Assembly (NCBI GenBank): GCA_010093745.1
Contig: MU005968.1
Coordinates: 1-64,000 of the forward strand
From: Piedraia hortae CBS 480.64
Lineage: Eukaryota
Direction of reading: 5' to 3'
Length of the DNA stretch: 64,000 nt
In this document: positions 46,249-56,990 of the stretch, one piece after another
Numbering within the stretch: position 1 is the first letter of the stretch
How the letters are laid out: each line of letters begins with the position of its first letter
Program-made: the position numbers and the translations under genes
The notes under the pieces: generated by a model
What the model saw: the letters and a program-made list of their open reading frames with translations, nothing else
The model's database searches: none
What the model was told of the DNA's origin: nothing

Positions 46249-48197
46249 GACGGGCACAGAAAGTAGTGGGAAGAGAAAATGGGGAAGACCTGGGATGGAG
46301 AAGCTGCTGTGAAATTTTATTAGGCCCAAGGCTGTGCTCTGATCCGGGGAGAAAGTGGCGGGCATGCATACGGCCAACCGATGACGTGTTAATCTGCAAC
46401 GGTTAGAGCAACTGAAGGGAACATTGTATCCTCGTCAGATCACCCCCGTGTCGGGCTTTCGTACTCACATACCAAGATGCATCTGGGAATGAGCAATCAT
46501 AATATAGTATAAAGGTGACTCTCAGACCAACTCGGCGGAGACAAGACTGAGATATCTTCTGATAATGATGTCTAGCTCAAATAGCTATTTACCGCCAACG
46601 TGACGCATTAGCGGCATGGGCCGCTCCACCTACCGACTCCAGCCTTATAACACAATAGAACCGAAGCTGTGGTCTTGCGCGATGTTGTTTTTGTGCAGCA
46701 TCAGCTACAGCCTCGGCTGGCGACTCTTCGTGGAGCATTCGATCCACGACTAATGGACAGGCTCTATATTGTTTTAAACGTGGTCTTCCAGAACCGCAAG
46801 GTACCTGAAATTCTATGCAGTATGGATAACGAACTCGCAATCACGTGATGCGGAAGCATCCCGCATTCGCACAAAGTGGGTCTGGGGATTGAACTTTAAG
46901 AAGGGGGTACGCGGAGGATTGGGGATCGACGAAAATGTAACTCAGTAAAGCTGAGCCGCAATTTGAGTGATTAGCATCAGTGATAATAATCACATCAGGG
47001 CCAGCATCGTATGACTGTCTCGAAAGTTGTCCTCCTTTGGTAATAATGGTATATTCTGGTGATGTATCAAAGAAAGAGTCAATTTTCCGGGAAGGCAACT
47101 TGTCAAGCAAAATCATATTCTGAAATTGGCATAGAACCAGCTGTTTTGTGCTTGGCCTTGAGACGTTATTATTTCTGATCTGGGTCAACACGGTCGATGG
47201 AGCACTGCTTGCTAGCCGACTTCGTGAGAAAACTTAACTGGTGAAGCAATTCCACGGGCTGAATTGGGAACCATGCTTGAACATCAACAGTCTATCACAA
47301 ACCCCTGTCTTCGTCATTTTCTTGCTTCACACAAAGATCAGCAATTCTTTACAAATCTCCTTTCGTGTACCTAACCGGTTGTGCCAGCTCACAAAAACGA
47401 CCATCTTTCGGTGTTGCGATTGTTGCCAAGTGCCGAAACTAACGAACTCCAAGTCATCTTTTGGCTCAGCAACTCGTAATACCAGATCGAAGCTAAATGA
47501 TGATCAACCTGCCGTGAAGGCGAAGAGACATGAAGTTGTGGCTTTTCGAAGTGAATTCACGCACACAGTGTTAGACTACCTCTATCACGGCCTTCCGACG
47601 TTCTACAGGGAATCGACGAAGGTAAAGCGTAAAACTGAGGTATTGTCTAAGGTATCTCTATCTTCTGCGGCCGAGCGGCGAGGAGCCGCTCTTAAACCTT
47701 AGTTCTACATCACCTCTTCCAAGACACACAATTTTCCTCCCGTTGAAACTAAACAGCCAGCAAAGCTCGTAAAGGAGGGAAGCAATGCTACAGCTTCCGA
47801 ATGCTGGAATGAGCAGAACGATGAAGCGACTGAGCGAAAAGTTGGCACTGCCAAAAGTAAGGAAGTTGGAGAAATCAAAAAAGGCAAAGAAGCACCAGGT
47901 ATCAAGGCCAAGCGAGCTACCAATAATCCATGAGCCCAGCCACTCCATAATACTGTCAAGTCTTCCAGCAAGTCTCAGAAGAATCAGTTTGCGAAGCTTC
48001 CTGCGTCAGAGGCCACTACTGTTAAGCCCTTTGAGGAGACGTGTCTGTAGAAAAATTGAGAAACATATGACCAAAAAGGAGTGCCAGAGATACCTCTGCA
48101 ATTATCAATAGGCCTGTCCGTGTAACTGAACTGATAGGCACCGCCGAAGAGATACCGGAGGAGCATGGGGGTTGCTTATGGGAAGGATGCTGGACCT

Positions 48198-48900
48198 GTC
48201 ACGAAGCATAAGCTTGTGTCGGCCATGACGAAGGGAGACAAAGACAAAAACTGAAACAGATGGTATGTGCTAGTGAAAACGATGGATGGAAAGTAGAGAT
48301 GTGTGTACAAGTGAATACAAATGTATCTACGACGGGACATCGAAGAATATATTCTGGGCCGGCAGGCCAGTGCGTAGCCTCGTATGAAGAGTCATCAATT
48401 TTCAGAAGGATGTGGCACCCACCATGACCAGAACTTTAGATAGAAGTCGAAACTTCTCTAGGTTTTTACCTCTATAGAGGAAATTTTCCCTGAGACGGGT
48501 CATTGTCTCGTTCATGCTTAAAGGCATGGTTCGCTGACTTTGTCCTGGCGAATGCGGTTAGGCTAAGGTAGTGTGGAGAAGGTTTTGAACCTCACCTCAC
48601 ATAGAGATAGACATCTACATCCACCTTTTGGCCAAAGTTGAGTGCACACATTATCGTTGATATGTATTCCGCTTTAGTCCTCGGAGGTTTACCCCTCAAC
48701 ATCAATCGTATGACCGTAAGCAAGTGGTCATACGTGCAGTAAGGCCGTCAGCATGCAGTCTTACTCCAAAACTCACCTCAAACAGTAGCAGGGCGCGATC
48801 ACCAAGTCGGATACGACATGACCTTGTGGGAAACCTCCGTGAGGACAAAACCTAGGGTGCAGTTGCTGGTGTAAGAGGTGTCGTGTACTGGCATCGTACA
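48198..48900. repeat. Cluster of eroded LTR-like fragments in both orientations
   Basis: The reverse complement of 48810-48885 matches the solo-LTR core (CTGCACCCTAGGTTTT..CCTCAC.GAGGTTTCCC). 48455-48510 is a second diverged copy on +. Confidence 0.6.
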
Positions 48901-49279
48901 CTCACAGCAACGAAACTTCATGCCAACAAAAATAGCAGGAATGTTTCATTCAACCCTATCGTCGGTTTTTAAGATGAACTAGACCCAGTGCGACCTTCAC
49001 AACATGCTGGGCCGGCTCAACTTACTCAACACCCTCACCCTATTGAAGCCGGAGAGGCTATTTAACGAAATTTTAGGCGAACGGCTACAGAGGTCTCGAT
49101 CTCGCCACCCGTTACAAGGGTAAAGTCATTCGACGCTTCGAGAACAGATTCTTCGCCGAAGGGGTGGTTGCTTGTGCAGAGTCGAGGAAAACCTCCAACA
49201 GCAGCAGCAGCAGCAACGACACATCTCCAGCTCCAACAAGCTCGCACCCAAGAAGTTCAATTGCCCAAAGGTCAAGAAA

Positions 49280-50730
49280 GCGAAATCCAAGCGACGTATT
49301 GAGGGGTAAGGTTGGGAAAAAGTGGCCTAGCGGACTGCGGAACGCGCAACTTGTGGGTTCTGCAGCAAGGGCCATCGATCCCATCGTCTTGAAACCCACG
49401 CTGTACTGTTGCACATGCCAGAAATGTATCACTACCTGGGCAATTTGGATAAGACCTGCCACAGTATGCGTTATAACTGCGCCATGTTTGCTACGTAATA
49501 TTTGATGCGGGCACATTGGAATAAGAGGAAAAGTCTCATGTATTACGGTCAAGAATTGTTCAAAATCCCCTTTAGGACTATCAGAGGCCTCAACTATGCC
49601 GTCGTTTATGACTTTCTGCGAGGACAGCACGGGCTTCAAGGCTACCTGGATGAAGTCCGGGGGGACGCCGCCGAATTCATCAGCCTGCTTATTGACGAGC
49701 TACGCGATTACGACGAGCCGAGGGAAGAAGTTAGCATCCAGTGAATGTTCGATGTGGATCTTGTGAGCCATTGGACCTCCGATCGATGTCAAGTGTGTTG
49801 GATTCAAGCATCGCCGCTAGCGCGTATGGGGGGCAGTTGCATAGCAAGTCAGCGATACCTCCTACATTACCAGCTGCACCCTAGGTTTTTCCCTCACAGA
49901 GGTTTTCCCTCAGGGTCATGTCATATGTGACATGGTGAATACGCCCCGCTAGTGTACGACGTGACGTCACCGGCCCACCGGAACAGAATTTTCATTCTGA
50001 ACGTCCCCTTATTGAAAATAGTAATTCACACTACCATACTGCAACTGGTATTTTTGACTTACATACATCTACATCTTTCCTGTCCCTGTTTCCGTCTATC
50101 GCTCCGTCCTCTTCAGGTCGCTGTGCACTCTCACCCACGAGAGCTAAATCTCTACAAAGTGATGAGGCTCTCCAACAAGACGACTCAAGGCGTCGGACAT
50201 GAGTCTCATGCGGTAAAATCATGTAACTACACGCTATCTGAGTGCTTGACCAGGTCCTCTTCCGGTGTCGGAACATACATTCCGATTCTCCGCAATGCAA
50301 GGCGACCCGGCCACGTTTGTTGACAACCAAAATGACCAACGCGCCAGAGATCTTGTCAGAATCATGCGAGGCGCTTCTGAGGGCAGGGAACATATGTCAC
50401 CAGAGGTCCAGTTTCGAGAGCACCTCGACCTGGAAAAGGTCAAGGACGAGATGATTAAGGGTCAATCGAGATACCGGGTGGATGGGATCGTCTTACGCTT
50501 GGGGGAGGAGATGGTTGGGGGCCATTATGTCTCTCTTGCGTGAAGTCATGACCGAACAGTGTTCGACATTGTTGATGAAGACATTTTCGTCGAGCCACCG
50601 GAAGATAAGTTGTGGAACTCTAAAGACGAGTTTTGTATTTCAGATTTCCTCGAAACGGCTTTCCTGGACTTCAGATGAAATTGTCTGGACCCTCGAAATC
50701 TTGAAGGGTCTCAAAAAAACCGTCCCCATG
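49280..50730 (+). pseudogene. Ubiquitin-specific protease (peptidase C19) pseudogene interrupted by a solo LTR
   Basis: Cys-box remnant PSGLRN...LLHMPE, GDAAEFISLLIDEL, VQFREHLDL, YRVDGIVLRLG...GGHYVS (His box at 50520), then VFDIVDE. The frame DRCQV|MRLSNK is continuous once the LTR and one TSD are removed. Confidence 0.75.
49796..50156. mobile_element. Solo LTR, 361 bp, with 5-bp TSD AAGTG
   Basis: TGTT...TACA termini. AAGTG at 49791-49795 and 50157-50161. Near-identical copy at 52707-53068. Confidence 0.92.
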
Positions 50731-50931
50731 TAAGTTTCTACAGTAGAGTCTCCGAGGCAGAAGCTGGGACGGTGAGCGAGATCGCTGACACGATCGGTGA
50801 CCCATTCTAAAGGGAGAAAGTGAGAGGGTTACACGTATCCGGACGGGTCGCGACCATTTTGAACATCCATAGCGAGCTTCAAGGTAGAAAAAAGGATCAA
50901 AGCCATGATGATAGCCCATAAAACTCTAAAT

Positions 50932-51246
50932 TTACAACTTGCGCACAAGAATTGCAAGGTCCTCGGTATCACCCATTGTGCTGCAAATGCGCACCTGTAA
51001 GGGGACTTTGATGGACGCCAGGGATGAACTTCCACCCTGTCCTTCGGGCGCCATGTCCTTGCCCGATATTTCGATGTACTTCGCTCCACGATCGATCTTT
51101 TTCTTGAACACTTCAATATCTTGGTGCTCTTTGAGCAGCTTATCGAGTTCGTCGATGGTAAGAACTGTCACCGCTCCATTGGGAAACAAAGCTTTCTCAC
51201 CGGCACGGTAAACATGGTGGTAGACTAGCATGTTCTTTGGCGTCAT
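50932..51246 (-). CDS. Orphan 104-aa family, copy 3 (intact)
   Basis: Complete ATG-to-TAA ORF. Protein-level conservation with two other copies despite DNA divergence. Confidence 0.75.
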   Translation of the reverse strand: MTPKNMLVYHHVYRAGEKALFPNGAVTVLTIDELDKLLKEHQDIEVFKKKIDRGAKYIEISGKDMAPEGQGGSSSLASIKVPLQVRICSTMGDTEDLAILVRKL

Positions 51247-52388
51247 GATGAACTTAGTATGTTTTGTGGCTTAGGTTTGGCGAATTGGGAGTTCTTATGG
51301 AACGGCTTGAGGGGGGCGTTGTTACGGACAATAGGATGTGACGGTGTGTTGCACTAGCGTAAACCGTTCGTTGAATTCTTTGACAATACATTGAAGAAGA
51401 CAATGGATTGAGCATTAAGCAAATGCCTATGGTTCGGTGCGTTGACAATGCTGTATTCCCGTTACCATAGATACTTCTTCCTCTATGCTTATCCTATTAT
51501 TTGAGCGGTCAAGGTGTGTATCCGCGCTGGTTGTCGATGAGGGTCAATGTCAGTTTGGTATCGAGACAACACTGCTCGCGAAATCCTAACGACAAATCTT
51601 GATGCTAAAAGATAGACTTTAGCTCGGCTTTGGCGCGTTGACGGTAATTGTTTTCCGGCGAGGTCTTCGGTTCCTCGGTTACGAATAGGGCCTTCAGGTA
51701 AATCTTCTTCTTTTGTGTTGGAATATGGGTCATGGGACAGACAATGGTGTGCGAAGCACGTGGGTGTGGCGAGGTGAAGTGATGTACGGAACGTCACCCA
51801 CTCTAACCCAGGTCTAGCCACATTGACCTAGACCAGTGACTAAGTTTGCGCCAACGCCCGTCAAAAATCGATCCCATGAAGTTATCTAGCCTCTCCCGTG
51901 TATGCTTGGCAAACCTTATACCATGCGTGCGAATAGCATCACCAATCTGCATGCGAAACCGGAAACTCAGCTACAACGAAAAAGAAAGACTGACACATTA
52001 TGTTCATGACGCCCGCTGGCGCGGAAATATTGAACGCGGTGCTATAAAACTACGTATATTTCGCCATCTTAATTGGTCCCTCTTTAACAGTCTCCGCAGC
52101 CTTTTCTTGCCACGAGCGGAGTTCATGCCCTTCTCAGCGGCGAGTTGACCCTCGGCCATTGTAGCCGGCGTCGTTTGCGCCTGAGGGGCAGCATTGGCGT
52201 TCCCTTTGGAAGTACCCTGCGCGACCGCATCTTCAGCAACCTTCGCCTGCTTCTTGCTCTCCGCTAGCACCTTCTTCACCGCAAGCACGGCCGCACGCCT
52301 TGCCTGCGCATCACGTTTCTCCTGCTGAGCCTTATATTCAAAGAATAGGCTGTCCTAAAGACAAAGATGCCTTCAAGGCATACCGTTT

Positions 52389-53345
52389 TCAATCTATACT
52401 AGCCTCGACTTCCCTGTCGTCATCACGAAAAATCCCCAACACATATCCGCGATGTCCCGCAGCATACCAGGCTCTCCAAAATCCCGCATTGAACACCACG
52501 TGCCAAAACATACTGGCAAACACCGACCTGGCAACCTTGTTTGGCCTTTTAACATGCACAATGTCAATTTCCACTAGCTGCGTGAACCGGACGATAATCG
52601 GGATATACACCGACCAGTCGCCCACCGCGCCTACAATCGTCAACCATGATATATCACTAGGGAGGCGCATCAACATATCTGCTTGCATATGCTGCGCCGA
52701 GTAAGGTGTTGAATTCAAGCATCGCCGCTAGCGCGCATGGGGGGCACTTGCATAGCAAGTCAGCGATACCTCCTAAACTACCAGCTGCACCCTAGGTTTT
52801 TTCCCTCACAGAGGTTTTCCCTCAGGGTCACGTCATATGTGACATGGTGAATACGCCCCGCTAGTGTACGACGTGACGTCACCGGCCCACCGGAACAGAA
52901 TTTTCATTCTGAACGTCCCCTTATTGAAAATAGTAATTCACACTACCATACTGCAACTGGTATTTTTGACTTACATACATCTACATCTTTCCTGTCCCTG
53001 TTTTCGTCTATCGCTCCGCCCTCTTCGGGTCGCTGTGCACTCTCACCCACGAGAGCTAAATACCTACAAAGCGCAGGTTATCGGCACAGAGGCGGAGGGT
53101 TCGGACACGATGGCCGTAGTCGGCCCGGCGGGAGCGGTCTAGAGTCTTGAAGGTGTTGACTGTGATGTCGCGCCAGAGAAGGTCTTGATGAGTTCGGTCC
53201 AGCGTTTGTTGACGCGCATGGCTTTGGCGAGGGTGCTTTCCTTGCGGTGTAGGTTATTGCATATGTTGAAATAGATTTTGTCGGGGGGGTGAGGCATGAT
53301 AAATTGCTCGTTTCGTGTTGCGGTCGCCATTGCTGTAGAACTCAT
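52389..53345 (-). pseudogene. F-box paralog disrupted by a frameshift and a solo LTR
   Basis: MPHPPDKIYFNICNNL...AMRVNKRW, shift, LWRDI...RVRTLRL [LTR] LPSDISWLTIVGAVGDWSVYI. Compare IPIDIGHLTVVGNVADWSVYI in 28635-29366. Confidence 0.8.
52707..53068. mobile_element. Solo LTR, 362 bp, same family and orientation as 49796-50156, no TSD
   Basis: Near-identical to 49796-50156. Flanks TAAGG and AAGCG differ. Confidence 0.9.
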
Positions 53346-54880
53346 GGTTGAAACAGGCGGTAGTTCTGTCAGATCACCATGTATATACCAGGAATCGTTC
53401 CGCACAACAATAAACAGGACGCGGGTGCTGACCAGGTTACATTGCTTGGAACACAACATTGCTCGTATCGACTGGGCGAGGTAATTGCCGCATCAGGCTT
53501 GGGCTAATAAAGTGTCTGAAAGTGCCCACTGTTCATGCTCTGTCGTCGGGATAGATGTGCAGAACGATGAAGAACAAAGGACCGAAAAGGTATAGATGGG
53601 ATGAGGATGATCTGAAGAAATGCCCTTCCCAAGTGTAAGGGCTTCCTGTCTATCCTGGAAGGCCTTTGTGCAAGGCCTGATGGCTGAGGTAAACTTTGAC
53701 GCAAAAACAAACAGTTTGGCAAGCTCAAGCATGGATATGGGGTCGGTCTCAAACCTTTTGTCATACACATTTAGTTTTGTTAGGGAGACCATGTCATCGC
53801 TTTGTACTCATCAAATCAATCAAATTTGTGATGGTGAGAACCATGGCGAACTTGCATCTGCAACCGCCACACACACCTGCAGAACTGATCCTTGCACGAA
53901 CTCAATGCCCTTGCGAGCGCAAGCCAAAGATGTGCTCTGGAACGGCATTCAGCCCTGAGTATTCAGACCACTTTCTTACTTTCGAAGATAGAATTCCATG
54001 TATCACCACTCGAGCCATGAAGGAATATCCCACCAACGAGACGAACTCCCGGAGTCTACAATCAGGTCTTCAGACCCTTGGTATCTGTTTTAAACTCTAC
54101 AGCAGACCCTCGAGGCTACAATAAAGTTCCACGGTGAACATCCATCGGTTGAAGATCGTCGAGCTATCTCCGTTCACTCTGGGGCTTCAGGCGATAGTAT
54201 CATCGCAGGAATTCTTGATTTCTTTATACCGCCTCCCCAACGCCCTGGATAAGGAGCACATCGTGGGTTGTTTGAAGAAGAGCGACGGATTTGCGAGACG
54301 ACTCGTCCCATGCGCCATCAGCCGAACGACTTGACGGTTGTTAGGTTTTGAGGCAAATGGGCAATGGTCTTGAGTGGTTCTTAAAAGAAAAGATGCTGCT
54401 CTCCTAGTACTCCTTGGGCAGAGACGTCCTGCGGTCAACATGTGTTCCACTAGTGGTGAATAGACAGTCAGCGGATCTGGGTGCCTTCAAGGCACCCTAG
54501 ATGCATGTGGATCTTCATGAGTGATGTGTCGTATCTGCTGGAGGGACTGAGTATAACGTACTGAATTGTTGACCTGCTGTGATCGTAAAGGTAATCGAGG
54601 GAGACGCCTTTCCGAGGTCCAGGAGGGACCGTCTATTGCACCTACTCCAACTGTTGTCGTTTGTTGCACATGATTTCGCCCCGAAATCAATGCCAAGGAT
54701 CTTATGGGACAAGCAAGTCGACACCTGTGGAACATCACACCATTCGGAGAAGGGAAACAGGCCTGATGATATAGTTCCGTATCAAGCAGAACGCAGCCCT
54801 CTAATACACATCTCAAGCACGCATGAATCCGCTACGGTAGAACGCCTAGCCCATCCACACAACCTCCCATCGACATCCAA

Positions 54881-55540
54881 TCACCACCTCCTCTGATTAG
54901 CCGCCGCGATCAACAAATGACGAAACTCCTCCGTGAACAGCAAGCCGACATTTTCTGTCGCAGCCGTCTCGATGAACAGCCGCAAACGCGAGTGGGCACA
55001 GCTCCATACATGCAGCAGAGTGAAATTCTCCTGACGGTATGGATCCCCCCGTTCAAGGTAAAGCCGGTCCATGGTTTGTAGGACCGAGCTGAACCACGGC
55101 GGATGCGCAATCCAGGGGGCAGTGAGCTCGTTCGTCGTACCACGGCTAGTCACAGCGGATAAGAACGAGTAATCGTGGCCGTCGCTGTGGTGGTATGTCC
55201 GCATGAAAGAATGGCCTTGGATACGCTCGTCGGGCGGACTGCGGGAATGAGATTGGATCCTCACCTTCATCTCACGTCCATAGAGAGGTGTCGGCGGGTC
55301 AGTCACCATCTCGGTATCACTGTCAAAGCTTGTGTGGTCCTGCTCCATGGGAACCGGTTGCGATTTCATATACATTTCATTCATAGCAACATCGGAGCTA
55401 TTTTTAAGCATCCTTGCGCGCTTGTTACGGGTATCTTCGTTGGGATTTGCATTGAAAGACGTTTCATCGACTGCCAGGTTATCACAAGACCTCGTGCGCT
55501 TCCTCTTGCTCCGAGGAGCATAATAAGATTGCGAGAACAT
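54881..55540 (-). CDS. Hypothetical protein, 219 aa
   Basis: ATG-initiated ORF with a basic NLS-like N-terminus (RSKRKR) and a folded-looking C-terminal half. No family recognised. Confidence 0.5.
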   Translation of the reverse strand: MFSQSYYAPRSKRKRTRSCDNLAVDETSFNANPNEDTRNKRARMLKNSSDVAMNEMYMKSQPVPMEQDHTSFDSDTEMVTDPPTPLYGREMKVRIQSHSRSPPDERIQGHSFMRTYHHSDGHDYSFLSAVTSRGTTNELTAPWIAHPPWFSSVLQTMDRLYLERGDPYRQENFTLLHVWSCAHSRLRLFIETAATENVGLLFTEEFRHLLIAAANQRRW

Positions 55541-56990
55541 AACGACTGGCGGGTTGAGTGATTAGGTTGTGGTTATTCTGACATGACTTGGTACAGTTGA
55601 AATTAAATAGGAAGAGAGCTTGGAGATTGAAGGTCTGTGCCCAGTAACATCCCGCTTTCTTAGCGAAGGTCGGGCTTGGCAACACAAGACAACTACATAC
55701 TAAAACCCATGACACAACATCGTGGCGCCGAGTGCGGGGCTTTCCACGAACAGCGCGTTGTTCCATCTGAACGAGCCCCGTGAGTCCGCGTTGAGATGTG
55801 ATTGAACAAATTCAACCTTGTTACCGGCAACTCCTGCAAGAAACATCAAGCAGCATTGAAATCCAACAAACAGAGCTTCCATCCCAGATGTAAGCCTTCA
55901 TGGAAAAGCCAGGTCCTCAAAAGTCGAACCCATCGACCTAAACCGTGAAGCGTCAATTGATCAGATCCTTGAAGAAACTAGCACGGTCTTCAGCCGAAAC
56001 AGATCTTAGTCCACTCTACATTTCATTTAGAGAACAGATCGCACACATTCTCCCCAGTATAAGCGAATCCATCAGAGCAGCCCAAAGTCCCAAACCATGA
56101 AGTCAATATCAAGACCCAGTCCCCTCTTAACCGTCTCCGTAGGATAAGCGAAAAGACCTGAACGGCGAAAAGGCTCAACTCACCAACTCCAGTATCAAGG
56201 AACCAGTCCATCTTAACCCCTCACGAATACAAGCAACAGGATCATACCAGCCATCAACATCAAAAATCATCGCACTTCTTCCCAGGCTAGTTACCACGAG
56301 TCGGGCGAGGCACCGAAGTTGTCACCTCAGCAGCGCGCCAGATCTCTTCGTTGTCAAGGCGGGTAGCATGGTTGCATGTCCCAAAGACGACACGGTTGAT
56401 GGCGTAATATAGTCACGGAGAGCGTGATTCTATCATCGAATTCAGCGCATCTCAACATGCCTTCAAGGGGTCAGAACAGCCAGCTGTCCTAGCGCATCAA
56501 TTTTGCACCAGAGAGCAGCCTCATCTCGATAATCTGCCACATGCAAGGAAAGAGATCAGGTTAAACAGTTGGTTTTACAGTGGAACCGCCCCATGATCAG
56601 AAGCGAACAATCCTGTCAATGCGAAGACTGAAACAAGCCCATCTCAACGCGAAGAATGGAACGGAATCAACCTACCAAACCTCTAACGAACCGCTGGGTT
56701 CCCACACTCAGCAAAAATATACACCCACAGACCCAAAAAAGCGAACCTGGGACAACCCACCCCATCACCTCGGAAGACAAAGCGGAGATCAAAATACCAG
56801 GTAAGAAATGCAGACCGAGACGGCAAATTTAGCATCACCCTCTACAGCAAATAAATCTCATTCCCAACAGTAGGCCGGACGCAGAGACCCTCTCCTGGGA
56901 GATTATATCATCAAAAAAAAAAAAGCCATCCTCTGAGTCATCACATCATAAAACATGACATTCTTCTCTCTACATCACTTATAACCCCCC

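Noticed and set aside
49952..50323. Duplicated ORF MYDVTSPAHR... (also 52864-53142)
   Set aside because: Lies inside the solo LTR, starts at GTG, and the identity reflects the repeat.
49796..53068. Full-length LTR retrotransposon
   Set aside because: No gag/pol, the left LTR has its own TSD, and the interior is host gene fragments.
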